Source: Hyphomonas sp. (GTDB lineage: Bacteria; Pseudomonadota; Alphaproteobacteria; Caulobacterales; Hyphomonadaceae). From it: DNA of 64,000 nt. Of this stretch, positions 1 to 9,242 are shown piece by piece (within the stretch, counting starts at the first letter, position 1; each line of letters begins with the position of its first letter). The position numbers and the translations under genes are program-made. Under the pieces are notes generated by a model that was not told where the DNA came from, did not search any database, and saw nothing but the letters and a program-made list of their open reading frames with translations. The stretch lies in contig JAGQRO010000093.1 in the NCBI GenBank assembly GCA_020425315.1, positions 5,554 to 69,553 on the forward strand, written 5' to 3'.

Positions 1-77
1 GCATGGGCGCCCTGAACTGAGGACCAGAACTGGCGACCGGGTCGTCGCCGCGTGTTGCGTGTGTAGAGGGGACAAGA

Positions 78-1196
78 ATGTCTAATCCAGGTTCGACGCC
101 TGCCATGAACCGTGTCGACGGTTTCGACATGTTGAGGATGGTGCTGGCCATGCTCGTCGTGGTGGCTCATTATTCAGTCCAGGCTCCGCGCCTCGGCTTT
201 GTCGACACCGACCAGTATCCGTTGTGGCTGAAGCATTGCCGTTATGCGGTGGAAGTCTTCTTCATCGTGTCCGGTCTGATGATCCCGCGCGTTGCCCGCT
301 TCCGCAGCTTCAGCGATTTCTGGGTCAACCGGACCTCGCGCCTCGGCCCGTCCCTGATGATCTGCGCCACGATCACATTCGTGGTGACGCAGCTGTTCTC
401 GACCGGTCCGCTGCCAGTGACCGACCTGAAGCACTACCTGGCATCTGTCACCATCTACCCGCTGTTCTTCAGCGAGGACTGGGGCGCTGACTGGGCCTAC
501 TGGACGATCACGCTGGAACTGCGCTTCTACCTGCTCGCCTCGCTGTTCTTCATCTTCTTCAAATCCGGCCGGGCAATCCTCATCGGATGCGCCATCTGGG
601 CCGCACTTGGCTACGTCGCCTGCTATGTCGACAGCGCAAAGCTTGATGCGCTTGTGGTGAACCGCGCGTCCTCCTCCTTCATCATCGGCGTGCTGCTCTA
701 CATGCTCGATGCCGAACCGAAGCTGCGCAAGTGGACCTGTCTGGTAATGGTCGCGGTCTGGCCGCTGCTGCCAATGCAGCTGCTCGAGGCCTCCGAACAC
801 CGTGATGCCGATTTCGCGATCACCACGATCGAGGCAACCGTGATTTCCTTCGTGATCATCGGTACGGTCCTGCTGACCGCACGGATCCACAGCCTTGGCC
901 GGCTGAGAAAGTTCTCCTTCCTGTCAGGGAACGCGTCCTACCCGCTCTACCTGATCCACCAGTTCGTCGGCTTCGTGCTGATCTACCGCCTGATTGAATT
1001 CGGCATCGACTGGCGCGCCGCCGTGGCCATCTCGATTGTTGTTGTCACAATCACGGCCTATGCAGTGACCCACTGGCTGGAAGATCCGCTGAGCCGGTTC
1101 ATCCGCCCCTACCTGAAGCGGGTTGCGGCGGTGATGGGCCGGGGTTGGGACTTCGCCTTCGGCTGGGCCAAGGTCAAACCCAAACCGGCAGACTGA
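78..1196 (+). CDS. Acyltransferase family 3 (OafA/YrhL-like) integral membrane O-acyltransferase
   Basis: Motifs DMLR..LAMLVVVAH, VEVFFIVSG, WTITLELRFY, SYPLYLIHQ; about 10 hydrophobic helices; GAGGGG RBS upstream. Confidence 0.9.
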   Translation: MSNPGSTPAMNRVDGFDMLRMVLAMLVVVAHYSVQAPRLGFVDTDQYPLWLKHCRYAVEVFFIVSGLMIPRVARFRSFSDFWVNRTSRLGPSLMICATITFVVTQLFSTGPLPVTDLKHYLASVTIYPLFFSEDWGADWAYWTITLELRFYLLASLFFIFFKSGRAILIGCAIWAALGYVACYVDSAKLDALVVNRASSSFIIGVLLYMLDAEPKLRKWTCLVMVAVWPLLPMQLLEASEHRDADFAITTIEATVISFVIIGTVLLTARIHSLGRLRKFSFLSGNASYPLYLIHQFVGFVLIYRLIEFGIDWRAAVAISIVVVTITAYAVTHWLEDPLSRFIRPYLKRVAAVMGRGWDFAFGWAKVKPKPAD

Positions 1197-1252
1197 CCGG
1201 GGACTTGCAGGACAAAATGAGTGTGCCATTCCGGTTCGGAAACGTGCTGGGA

Positions 1253-1268
1253 TGGCACAAGCCTTGCT
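1253..1268 (+). promoter_or_regulatory. sigma54 (RpoN) -24/-12 promoter
   Basis: TGGCAC-AAGCC-TTGCT matches TGGCAC-N5-TTGCW exactly, about 100 nt upstream of the 1369 start. Confidence 0.75.
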
Positions 1269-1368
1269 CCCCTGAGAGGCGTGTGCGCCCGCGATCGACA
1301 AAGGGAATTTCCGTGACCCCCGCCCCCCAGCATCTTTCAGCCCGGCCCGGCGCGAAAGCGGGTGCGCG

Positions 1369-3405
1369 ATGACCCCGCTGCGCAAGCTCCTCCTGGCGCT
1401 GGTGGCCTATGGCGGGCTGTGTCTTGCATCGCTTGCCTATATCTGGGCGTTCGATTGGTGGGCCCTCGAAACACTGCCACGCATGGGGCTCGGCTTCCCG
1501 CTCGCAGCGCTCGGCTACGGCGCGGTCTTCTGGGCGATGGTGGCGGGCTTCGGATACTACTTCCTGCGTCTTGGCCCGCTTGGCCGGCGCGTCTTTCTTG
1601 GCGCGGGCGCCTTCCTTTTCGGCCTCCTGCTCTGTGCATGGCCGGGCTTCTATATGAGCGACTCCTTCGCGGCCGTGCATCAGGGCGCGCACTTGCCGGT
1701 CGACAAATGGCTCGGCCATTTCACGCCGATCCTGACCCATGCCGTGCTCCAGCATGTGCCGTTCCTGGCCGCTGTCCCCTTTGTCCAGATCGCCTTCCTG
1801 GCGCTTGGCCTGGCCTATGCGGTCGAGACCTTCGCCCGGCGCGGCGAATGGAAAGCGCCGGCGGCCATCCTGCTCGCCTGGGTCGCGACCTCCGCGCCGA
1901 TCCTGCACACCAGCCTTCTGGTCACCCGCGACAGCTGGTTTGCCATCCTGTCGGTCTTCGTTCTGAGCGAGGCAATCCGGCTGACCCGCGATCCGGACTG
2001 GCGAAACGGCAAGGCAGCGGGCCGTTTGCTGACGCTTTGTTCGCTCGCCATGCTGATCCGCAGCGATGGCATCCTCTATGTGGCCTTTGTCGCAACCATC
2101 CTTGTGCTGCGCTGGATCCTGAACCGGCATGGCGCAAGCGTGCGTTCTCTCTCACTGTTCGCCGCCCGCGCATTTGCGCCGGCCCTGGTCCTCGCCCTCG
2201 CGGCCAAGGCGCTGACCATCGTCGCGCTGCCCGGCTGGGCCGACAAGCAGATGTATGAGGTCACGCTGTGGGTGAACCCGGTCGCCTACATCATCAATCA
2301 GGAGGATGCGGAGATCGACCCCGCCGACCTTGCCCGCATCGACTCCGTTATCCCCATCGAATTGATGGACAGGGACGATGTGGATGCCGGCATCGACGCC
2401 TTCTGGGATGCGCGCGAACAAGGCCGACTGCACATGCCGGAAGCCCCGTCAGAGCAGGCAGCACTGCAGGCAGCGGCCAGGCGAATCATCCAGGAAAATC
2501 CGGGCCTCTTCATCGCCAGCCGCATCGCAGAATTCCGCGAGACAAATTATCCTGTGCTCGAAGGAGCGCAGACGTTTCCGCGTCAGGCTCATGCCGACAG
2601 CGACTATGCGCACCTCACCATGGTCGAGTGGCACCGCCAGCCGGGATATCACGGCCTGATCCCCGGCGTGCGCTCCGCAATGGACAATGCTTTCGCAGCC
2701 AGTACGCAGTCGCCGCTCCTGAAACATCAATGGGCGTTCTGGCCCGAGATCCTGATGCTGTGCATCCTGGTCCTGTGCTGGCGGGTGGCGCCGGATCTTG
2801 GCTTTGCTGCTGCGCTGCTTGCCGTGCGCGTTCCGCCACTGATCCTGCTCGCTCCGGAAGGCCAGTTCAAATACTATGCGGCGATCGAGATGGGCACGCC
2901 TGTCCTGATGGCCATCGCCCTGCCGGCCCTTGCCGGCTGGCTCTTCACCGCCTATCGCCGAGGCGCGTTCAACCGCCTGCCGCTGTTCGGTCTCGCCGAC
3001 AAATTCCTGTCGGCCACGATAGCCCGCTTCGGCTTCGTATCGCTGGCAGGCTGGGCGGGTGACTTCCTGATCTTCGTATCGCTCACCTCAATTGGAGTCG
3101 GCGCACTGGTTGCGAATGTCGTCAGCGCCGGCGCAGCCGTCGCCTTCGTCTATTTTGCGTCCGTCCGGCGGATCTTCTCTTATCGCGGCCGGTTCATCTA
3201 TTCGAAATTCGCCGCCTATGCCGGGTACCAGGTCGTGGCTGTGCTTGCAGCGTCCGCAGCGATAGCGGCACTCGCGGCCGCCATGGGCCTTGCGCCCTGG
3301 ATCGCCAAGATCATCGTTACCCCGGCGACCTTCCTGGCCAATTTCCTCTTCATGAAACTTCTTACCGCCGAACACCGGCCGCCAATCCTGACAGGGAGCC
3401 GATGA
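1369..3405 (+). CDS. Polytopic GT-C-like (DUF6020-like) membrane protein with fused C-terminal GtrA-family domain
   Basis: WPGFYMSDS after the N-terminal helices, RDSWF, large periplasmic loop; last ~125 aa (RFGFVSLAG..ANVVS..SVRRIF..AKIIV..ANF) follow the 4-TM GtrA pattern. Confidence 0.7.
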   Translation: MTPLRKLLLALVAYGGLCLASLAYIWAFDWWALETLPRMGLGFPLAALGYGAVFWAMVAGFGYYFLRLGPLGRRVFLGAGAFLFGLLLCAWPGFYMSDSFAAVHQGAHLPVDKWLGHFTPILTHAVLQHVPFLAAVPFVQIAFLALGLAYAVETFARRGEWKAPAAILLAWVATSAPILHTSLLVTRDSWFAILSVFVLSEAIRLTRDPDWRNGKAAGRLLTLCSLAMLIRSDGILYVAFVATILVLRWILNRHGASVRSLSLFAARAFAPALVLALAAKALTIVALPGWADKQMYEVTLWVNPVAYIINQEDAEIDPADLARIDSVIPIELMDRDDVDAGIDAFWDAREQGRLHMPEAPSEQAALQAAARRIIQENPGLFIASRIAEFRETNYPVLEGAQTFPRQAHADSDYAHLTMVEWHRQPGYHGLIPGVRSAMDNAFAASTQSPLLKHQWAFWPEILMLCILVLCWRVAPDLGFAAALLAVRVPPLILLAPEGQFKYYAAIEMGTPVLMAIALPALAGWLFTAYRRGAFNRLPLFGLADKFLSATIARFGFVSLAGWAGDFLIFVSLTSIGVGALVANVVSAGAAVAFVYFASVRRIFSYRGRFIYSKFAAYAGYQVVAVLAASAAIAALAAAMGLAPWIAKIIVTPATFLANFLFMKLLTAEHRPPILTGSR

Positions 3406-4235
3406 CCGAACCTTCCCGACCCGACCGCATCCTGGTCTTCATTCCCGCCTTCCGCTGCGCCGCGCAGATCGAACGCGTGATCGCTCAGTTCGACGCCCGC
3501 TCGCAGGCCTGCGTCGACGAGATCATCGTGATCGACAATCGCAGCCCGGACGATACCGCCGAAAAGGCCGAAGCGGCCCTCGCTGGCCTCAATGTGCCTG
3601 CACGGGTTCTGCGCAATGTCGACAACTACAATCTCGGCGGCTCGCAGAAGGTCGCCTTCGACTATGCCATCCGCAATGGCTTCGACTATGCGATCATCCT
3701 GCATGGCGACGATCAGGCGGATTTCCGCGACATCGTTCCGCTTCTGGAGGCCGGCGCTCATCGCGAATGGGACGCGATGCTCGGCTCGCGCTTCATGCGC
3801 GGCGCCCGCCTGCAGGGCTATTCGCCGCTGCGCACACTCGGCAACCGGGTCTTCAACCTGTTCTTCTCCATCGCCACCGGCAAATGGATCACCGATCTCG
3901 GCTCGGGCCTCAATCTCTATCGGGTCGAGGCGCTCTCGTCCCGCTTCTACCTTCGATATGCAGATGCCCTGACCTTCAACTATTTCATGGTACTGGCCCA
4001 TATGGCGATGCGCTGGCGGGTGAAGTTCTTCCCGATTTCCTGGCGCGAGGAAGACCAGTCGTCGAATGTGCGCCTCGTGCGACAGACGCTGCGTCTGTCT
4101 TCCATTCTCGGGCTTTACATCTTCCGTCGCCGCACCTTCATGACCGGCGAGCATCGCGATACGCCCCGTACGGACTATCCCAGTGACATCATCTACGAAA
4201 ACGCCGCCGCAAAGGCGCAGGAGGCCATTGCATGA
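3402..4235 (+). CDS. Glycosyltransferase family 2, DPM1-like (polyprenyl-phosphate glycosyltransferase)
   Basis: VFIPAF, IIVIDNRSPDDT, N.NLGGS, LHGDDQ, GSRF, DLGSG; ATGA overlap with upstream stop. Confidence 0.85.
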   Translation: MTEPSRPDRILVFIPAFRCAAQIERVIAQFDARSQACVDEIIVIDNRSPDDTAEKAEAALAGLNVPARVLRNVDNYNLGGSQKVAFDYAIRNGFDYAIILHGDDQADFRDIVPLLEAGAHREWDAMLGSRFMRGARLQGYSPLRTLGNRVFNLFFSIATGKWITDLGSGLNLYRVEALSSRFYLRYADALTFNYFMVLAHMAMRWRVKFFPISWREEDQSSNVRLVRQTLRLSSILGLYIFRRRTFMTGEHRDTPRTDYPSDIIYENAAAKAQEAIA

Positions 4236-4633
4236 TCAACCATCAACGCTCCCTGATCCTGGACATCGACAACACGCTCTGCCCGGCGAAGAAGTCCGGC
4301 GAGTCTTATGCCGACCTCATGCCCTATGCCGACATGATCGAACTGGTACGCGAGTACAAGGCGAAAGGCTTCTACGTCATCCTCTATTCCGCCCGGAACA
4401 TGCGCACCCATGACGGCAATGTCGGCCGCATCAATGCCGACACGCTGAAAACGCTTCTGGCCTGGCTGGAACGCCACGATATCCCGCATGACGAAATCCA
4501 TGTCGGAAAGCCGTGGCCCGGCAAGGATGGCTTCTATGTCGACGACCGTACCGTGCGCCCGTCGGAATTCCGCTCCATGACGCATGAACAAATCCTCGAC
4601 CTGCTCGCCCGCGAAGACAGGGACCCGTCATGA
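4232..4633 (+). CDS. Capsule-biosynthesis HAD phosphatase, EcbF/BcbF family
   Basis: LDIDNTL (DxD), SARNMRT, DEIHVGKPW, FYVDDR..RPSEF; 133 aa; ATGA-coupled. Confidence 0.85.
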   Translation: MINHQRSLILDIDNTLCPAKKSGESYADLMPYADMIELVREYKAKGFYVILYSARNMRTHDGNVGRINADTLKTLLAWLERHDIPHDEIHVGKPWPGKDGFYVDDRTVRPSEFRSMTHEQILDLLAREDRDPS

Positions 4634-5382
4634 GCGGCCCGGTGCAAGTTGTCATCACCATGGCGGGCCTCGGCTCGCGCTTCCGCAAGGTCGGCTACCA
4701 GGTGCCGAAGTACCGAATCCTAGCACGCGGCCGGTCACTGTTCGACTGGTCGATGGAGAGCCTGCGCAGTTTCATCGACGAGGGCGCGCACTTCATCTTC
4801 GTGATGCGCGAGGAAGACGCCTCTGCAGACTTTGTGCGTGATCGCGCGGCGGCGCTCGGCATCGCCTCCTGCGCCATTGTCGAGATCGACGCGCTCACCG
4901 ACGGCCAGGCGACCACGGCCCTGCTCGCCGCGCCGGAAATTTCCGATCCGGATGCACCCTTCCTCATTTACAATATCGACACCCACGTCGACCCTTCCGC
5001 CCTGCCCGCTTCGGCGGTACGTGGAGAAGGCTGGATCCCGTGCTTCGCCGCCGAGGGCGATGCCTGGAGCTTCGTCGCGCTCGGCACCGACGGGCGCGCC
5101 TGCGAAGTGCGCGAGAAGACGCGCATCTCCCCGCACGCCACGATCGGCCTCTACTACTTCGCCTCCTTCAGCCTCTATCGCTCGCTCTATGATGAGACGT
5201 ATACTGAAGGTGGCCTGCTGGAAGCCGGCGAGCGCTATGTCGCGCCGATGTACAACGCCCTCATTGCTCGCGGCGCAGATGTCTTCATCCACGACGTGCC
5301 TCCCGGCGCTTTCGCCCCGCTCGGCACGCCGGACGAAGTCCTGCAGTTCGATCCGGAAGCGTCTCCGGACCGCGTCGTCTGA
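4630..5382 (+). CDS. BcbE-like protein (GT-A/nucleotidyltransferase fold)
   Basis: ITMAGLGSRF..GY..PKY, TDGQATT, IYNIDT, WSFV, EK.RIS..ATIGLYYF, ERYVAPMYN, LGTPDE. Confidence 0.8.
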   Translation: MSGPVQVVITMAGLGSRFRKVGYQVPKYRILARGRSLFDWSMESLRSFIDEGAHFIFVMREEDASADFVRDRAAALGIASCAIVEIDALTDGQATTALLAAPEISDPDAPFLIYNIDTHVDPSALPASAVRGEGWIPCFAAEGDAWSFVALGTDGRACEVREKTRISPHATIGLYYFASFSLYRSLYDETYTEGGLLEAGERYVAPMYNALIARGADVFIHDVPPGAFAPLGTPDEVLQFDPEASPDRVV

Positions 5383-5388
5383 CGCAGC

Positions 5389-6675
5389 CTAACTGCCTGC
5401 CGCGCGCTGAACGTCCCGCAGATAGGTGCGCGACGACATCAGCAGGCAGAAGATGCTGAGCAGGTTGAAGACAAGGATCAATTCGAGTGCGCGCGCAAGC
5501 GGCTGGGCAGCGCCTGTCGCCGTGAAATGGTCACTCAGCAATCCTGCAATCCACGGCCCGCACCCGATGCCGATTAGAGTAAGGCAGAACAGCATGAAGG
5601 CCGACGCGAACGACCGCATGCGCAGGCGCACCAGTTCCTGTGAGGCGGTATAGGCGACGCTGGCATAGACGAGGCCGATGAAACTCGGCACCAGGTTCCA
5701 GGCATAGGCCTGCCAGACGGTGCCAGCCCGCAGGAACATCCAGGCAAATGGCAGCGCCGCCGCCGCACAGATCGCGATCATCAATGGCCGCCAGCGAAGA
5801 TCGCGCGCCGACAGCCGGTCACAGACTGCACCGATGACAACCGCGCCAATGCTGCCGACGCCGCCGATGAGAATGCCAAGCGGCAAGGACACCTGGCCCG
5901 GTGTCAGATCATACGTCCGCTGCAGGTGGCTGGACGTGAACACAAGGAACGCGTTCGACGAAATGCAGATCAACAGGCATCCGGCGAGCAACCACAGGAA
6001 GGAAGTCTGGCCCGCGATGAACCGAAGGGTCTCCGGCACCGATGGCACGTCTCCCGTTGCGGCGATGTTCTCCGACAAGCCGCGTTGCGGTTCGTGAATC
6101 GTGAAGCGGACAATCAGGGCCAGGATCAGGCCCGGAACGCCGGCAACGAAGAAAGCCGCGCGCCATCCATAGTGCTGGTAGACGAACCCGCCCAGGGCAA
6201 AGCCGAGCATGACGCCGATGCCGATGCCGGTCGTGTAGATGCCCATCGCGGTCGCCCGCTCCTTCGGGCCGTAGAGATCGGCGATCATGGACGTGGCGGG
6301 CGGCGTGCCACCGGCTTCGCCAATACCCACGCCCATACGGGCAAGGAGTAGTTGCCAGTAATTCTGCGCGAGGCCCGACAGTGCCGTCATGCCCGACCAG
6401 ATGGTCAGGGCCATGGCGATGATATTGCGCCGGTTGCCCCGGTCCGCCCACATCGCGACCGGAATGCCGAGCGTCGCGTAGAACGCCGCAAACACCAGGC
6501 CCGTCAGCATGCCGAGTTGGCTGTCACGCAGGTTGAGGTCCGCCTTGATCGGCTCCAGCAGGATCACGAGAACCTGCCGGTCGATATGGTTGAATGTGTA
6601 GGTGAGCGTTAGGACCGCGAGGATCCACGCCCTGCCAGCCATCGGCGCCGGAGACGCAGGTGCTGTCACGCTCAT
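5389..6675 (-). CDS. MFS transporter, spinster family
   Basis: NHIDRQ, FAAFYATLGIP, ADRGNRR, ARMGVGIGEAG; 12 TM pattern. Confidence 0.9.
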   Translation of the reverse strand: MSVTAPASPAPMAGRAWILAVLTLTYTFNHIDRQVLVILLEPIKADLNLRDSQLGMLTGLVFAAFYATLGIPVAMWADRGNRRNIIAMALTIWSGMTALSGLAQNYWQLLLARMGVGIGEAGGTPPATSMIADLYGPKERATAMGIYTTGIGIGVMLGFALGGFVYQHYGWRAAFFVAGVPGLILALIVRFTIHEPQRGLSENIAATGDVPSVPETLRFIAGQTSFLWLLAGCLLICISSNAFLVFTSSHLQRTYDLTPGQVSLPLGILIGGVGSIGAVVIGAVCDRLSARDLRWRPLMIAICAAAALPFAWMFLRAGTVWQAYAWNLVPSFIGLVYASVAYTASQELVRLRMRSFASAFMLFCLTLIGIGCGPWIAGLLSDHFTATGAAQPLARALELILVFNLLSIFCLLMSSRTYLRDVQRAAGS

Positions 6676-7538
6676 GCGGACGCTTCCAGCCGCTGGAGGA
6701 AATCGGAAATCGCGGAAACAGCCTCAGGCTCGTCGAGGATCGGCGCATGGCCGACTTCGGGCACGGTAACCAGCTGCGCGTCCGGGTGCCGCTTCAGCAT
6801 CTTCTGCGCCGTCTTGTCGGACAGGATATCGGACGTTTCCCCACGAACAATCAGCAGCGGCGCTTTCTTCATCCCGCCATACAGCCGCCACATGGCGAAC
6901 CGGGTCAGAAGGCTTGGCCGCACCTGCCCGACTGTCTGGGTGATCGCCGGATCATAGTCGAGCACGACGCGGCCATCCTCCAGTTCGCGATACGTGCGCC
7001 GCGCAAACGCCATCCATTGCTCGGGCGTGTATTTCGGGAAGACATAGGACTGAACCTTCCCGACAGACTCGGCCGCTTTCTCCCAGTTCTCGATCGGCGC
7101 GACCGTATTCACATAGGACGCAATACGGTTCAGCCCCTCCTGCTCGAATACCGGCCCGACGTCGTTGAGCACGACGCCGCGAATTCGCGCCGGCATGGTC
7201 CTCATCATGATCATCGACATCAACCCGCCCATGGATGTGCCGATCAGCACGACTTTCTGCAGGCCGAGTCTGTCGAGCAGCGCCTTCATGTCGCCGACAT
7301 AGGTCTGCGGCGTATACCGTTCCGCCACCGGGTCGCGATCCGACTGGCCACGCCCCCGCTGGTCCACCGCGATGAACTGATAGCGGCCATCCAGTGCCTC
7401 GATGAGGGGTTCGAAATCCTTGTGGTTCCGCGTCAGCCCATGCATGCAAAGCGCCGTAAGCGGAGCATTCTCCGGCCCATACCGGCGAGCGAACAGAGTC
7501 AGGCCGTCCGGCGACGTGTAGTAGATGTCTTCAGTCAT
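6672..7538 (-). CDS. Alpha/beta hydrolase
   Basis: HGLTRN oxyanion motif, GTSMGG nucleophile elbow, SD and GHAP triad residues. Confidence 0.9.
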   Translation of the reverse strand: MTEDIYYTSPDGLTLFARRYGPENAPLTALCMHGLTRNHKDFEPLIEALDGRYQFIAVDQRGRGQSDRDPVAERYTPQTYVGDMKALLDRLGLQKVVLIGTSMGGLMSMIMMRTMPARIRGVVLNDVGPVFEQEGLNRIASYVNTVAPIENWEKAAESVGKVQSYVFPKYTPEQWMAFARRTYRELEDGRVVLDYDPAITQTVGQVRPSLLTRFAMWRLYGGMKKAPLLIVRGETSDILSDKTAQKMLKRHPDAQLVTVPEVGHAPILDEPEAVSAISDFLQRLEASA

Positions 7539-9081
7539 AGATCAGGTCCTTGAAAATTTCGCGCAGCTCCCGCTTCAGGAGCTTGCCGTTCGGATTCCGG
7601 GGAAGTTCGTCGACGAATTTCACATCCGCCAGCCTCTGTTGCTTTCCGAGACGGGCATTGCACCAGGCCGTGATCTCGTCAGGATCGACCTTTTCCCGCG
7701 CCACGACAAGGGCCAGCGGTGTCTCGCCCCATTTGCGGCTTACGGCACCGATCACGGCGACATCCTCGACGGCGCTGTGCCGGACCAGCTGCGCCTCGAT
7801 ATCCTGCGGATAGATATTCTGGCCGCCGGACAGGATCATGTCCTTCTTCCTGTCGACGATGAACAGGTAGCCTTCCGGGTCGACATAGCCGATATCGCCC
7901 GTCCGCAGCCAGACGGTTCCGTCCGGCGCCGTCCAGCTCGCCTCGTCTGTCGGGCCGGGTCGGCGCCAATAGCCCGGCATCACGAAACGTCCAGTCGCGA
8001 CAATTTCTCCTGGCTCCCCGGGGGCGACTTCCTTGTCGTGATCGTCAAGGACCACAATGTCGGTGCCAAAAATAGGATGCCCCACAGAGGCCATCCGTCC
8101 GCCCGCATATTCCGGATCGAGGGTTGTGATGACGCCTTCCGTAAGGCCGTAAAGCTCGATGATTGCCGGCCCGAACCGGTCCAACAGTCGTGCCTTCAAG
8201 TCTGCATGCAGGGGCGATCCAGCGGACATGATTGCCTGCAGAGGCGCCGGCGCCGAAGGATCCGGATCGGCTTCCATGATTTTCTGCAACTGCAGTGGCA
8301 CCATGGAGGAGTGAGTGATCAGCTCGTCCCGGCAAAGCCGCCAGAAGCGGCCGGCATCGAACGCCGGCTCGATCACAAGCGTGCCGCCCGCAAGGGCGGT
8401 GCAAAGCATCGTCACCCAGGAAATGTTCGAATACAGACCAATCGTCACGAGAGACCGGGCGGACCCGTGATACCGTAGTGCGACGGCGAGATCGCCAGCC
8501 CAGTCCCTGCGTCCAGCCTGGGTATGGACAATCCCCTTCGGCACGCCGGTGGTGCCAGATGAATAGATGATGTTCATCGGAAGGTCGCCCGCCGGGGAAG
8601 TCCGGGGTTCGGTGCCAGATGCGGCGCCGCACCAGGACCGGAAATCCCGCCACCCCCTGACGGTGCCCACCGATACCTTGCCAAGTCCGGCAATGGCCTC
8701 GCGCGTGTCCGAGTCGGCCTCCAGCCGCCGCGCCTGCTCCTCTGTGCAGACCACAAGCCGGGCGTCGGCATCGCGGATCATTCCGGCAATCGCCTCATCC
8801 GACACTGACAGGTTCAGCGGTACGCTGGTCAGCCCCGCCTTGATCAGCCCGAACAGGGTCTCGAGCATTTCCAGCCCGTTCGACATCAGGACGATCACAC
8901 GGTCGCCCGGCGCAAGGCCATCGACAAGCGCTGCATTGGCAACATGGTTCAGGCGGGTGTTGAAGTCGCCCCAGGTCAGGCGCTGGTCACCGCAAATCAC
9001 GGCTTCGCGGGTGCGCCGCCACTTTCCGTGCAGGCGGAAAACGTCGGAGAACAGGTCTCCTGAACGTGTGAACGTCGTCAT
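7531..9081 (-). CDS. Acyl-CoA synthetase (class I adenylate-forming enzyme)
   Basis: YSSGTTGVPKG, YGLTEG, RTGDIG, DRKKDMI, PRNPNGK. Confidence 0.92.
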   Translation of the reverse strand: MTTFTRSGDLFSDVFRLHGKWRRTREAVICGDQRLTWGDFNTRLNHVANAALVDGLAPGDRVIVLMSNGLEMLETLFGLIKAGLTSVPLNLSVSDEAIAGMIRDADARLVVCTEEQARRLEADSDTREAIAGLGKVSVGTVRGWRDFRSWCGAASGTEPRTSPAGDLPMNIIYSSGTTGVPKGIVHTQAGRRDWAGDLAVALRYHGSARSLVTIGLYSNISWVTMLCTALAGGTLVIEPAFDAGRFWRLCRDELITHSSMVPLQLQKIMEADPDPSAPAPLQAIMSAGSPLHADLKARLLDRFGPAIIELYGLTEGVITTLDPEYAGGRMASVGHPIFGTDIVVLDDHDKEVAPGEPGEIVATGRFVMPGYWRRPGPTDEASWTAPDGTVWLRTGDIGYVDPEGYLFIVDRKKDMILSGGQNIYPQDIEAQLVRHSAVEDVAVIGAVSRKWGETPLALVVAREKVDPDEITAWCNARLGKQQRLADVKFVDELPRNPNGKLLKRELREIFKDLIYD

Positions 9082-9121
9082 CTTCGCCTCCCTCGCCTGA
9101 ACCGGTCCTGTGCCGAGCCGT

Positions 9122-9139
9122 ATTCAACACTTGTTGAAT
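9122..9139. promoter_or_regulatory. Palindromic operator, probably for the adjacent TetR
   Basis: ATTCAACA-CT-TGTTGAAT in the divergent intergenic region; near-identical copy at 12339-12356. Confidence 0.7.
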
Positions 9140-9242
9140 TTACGTCGAACCGGCGGGAATGCGCAAGGGCAGAACGGGAATCTAAGGGCACGCCACGTCA
9201 TTTTCCGTTGATCGCCTCCCCTCCCCTGCCTAGGAAGGCTGC

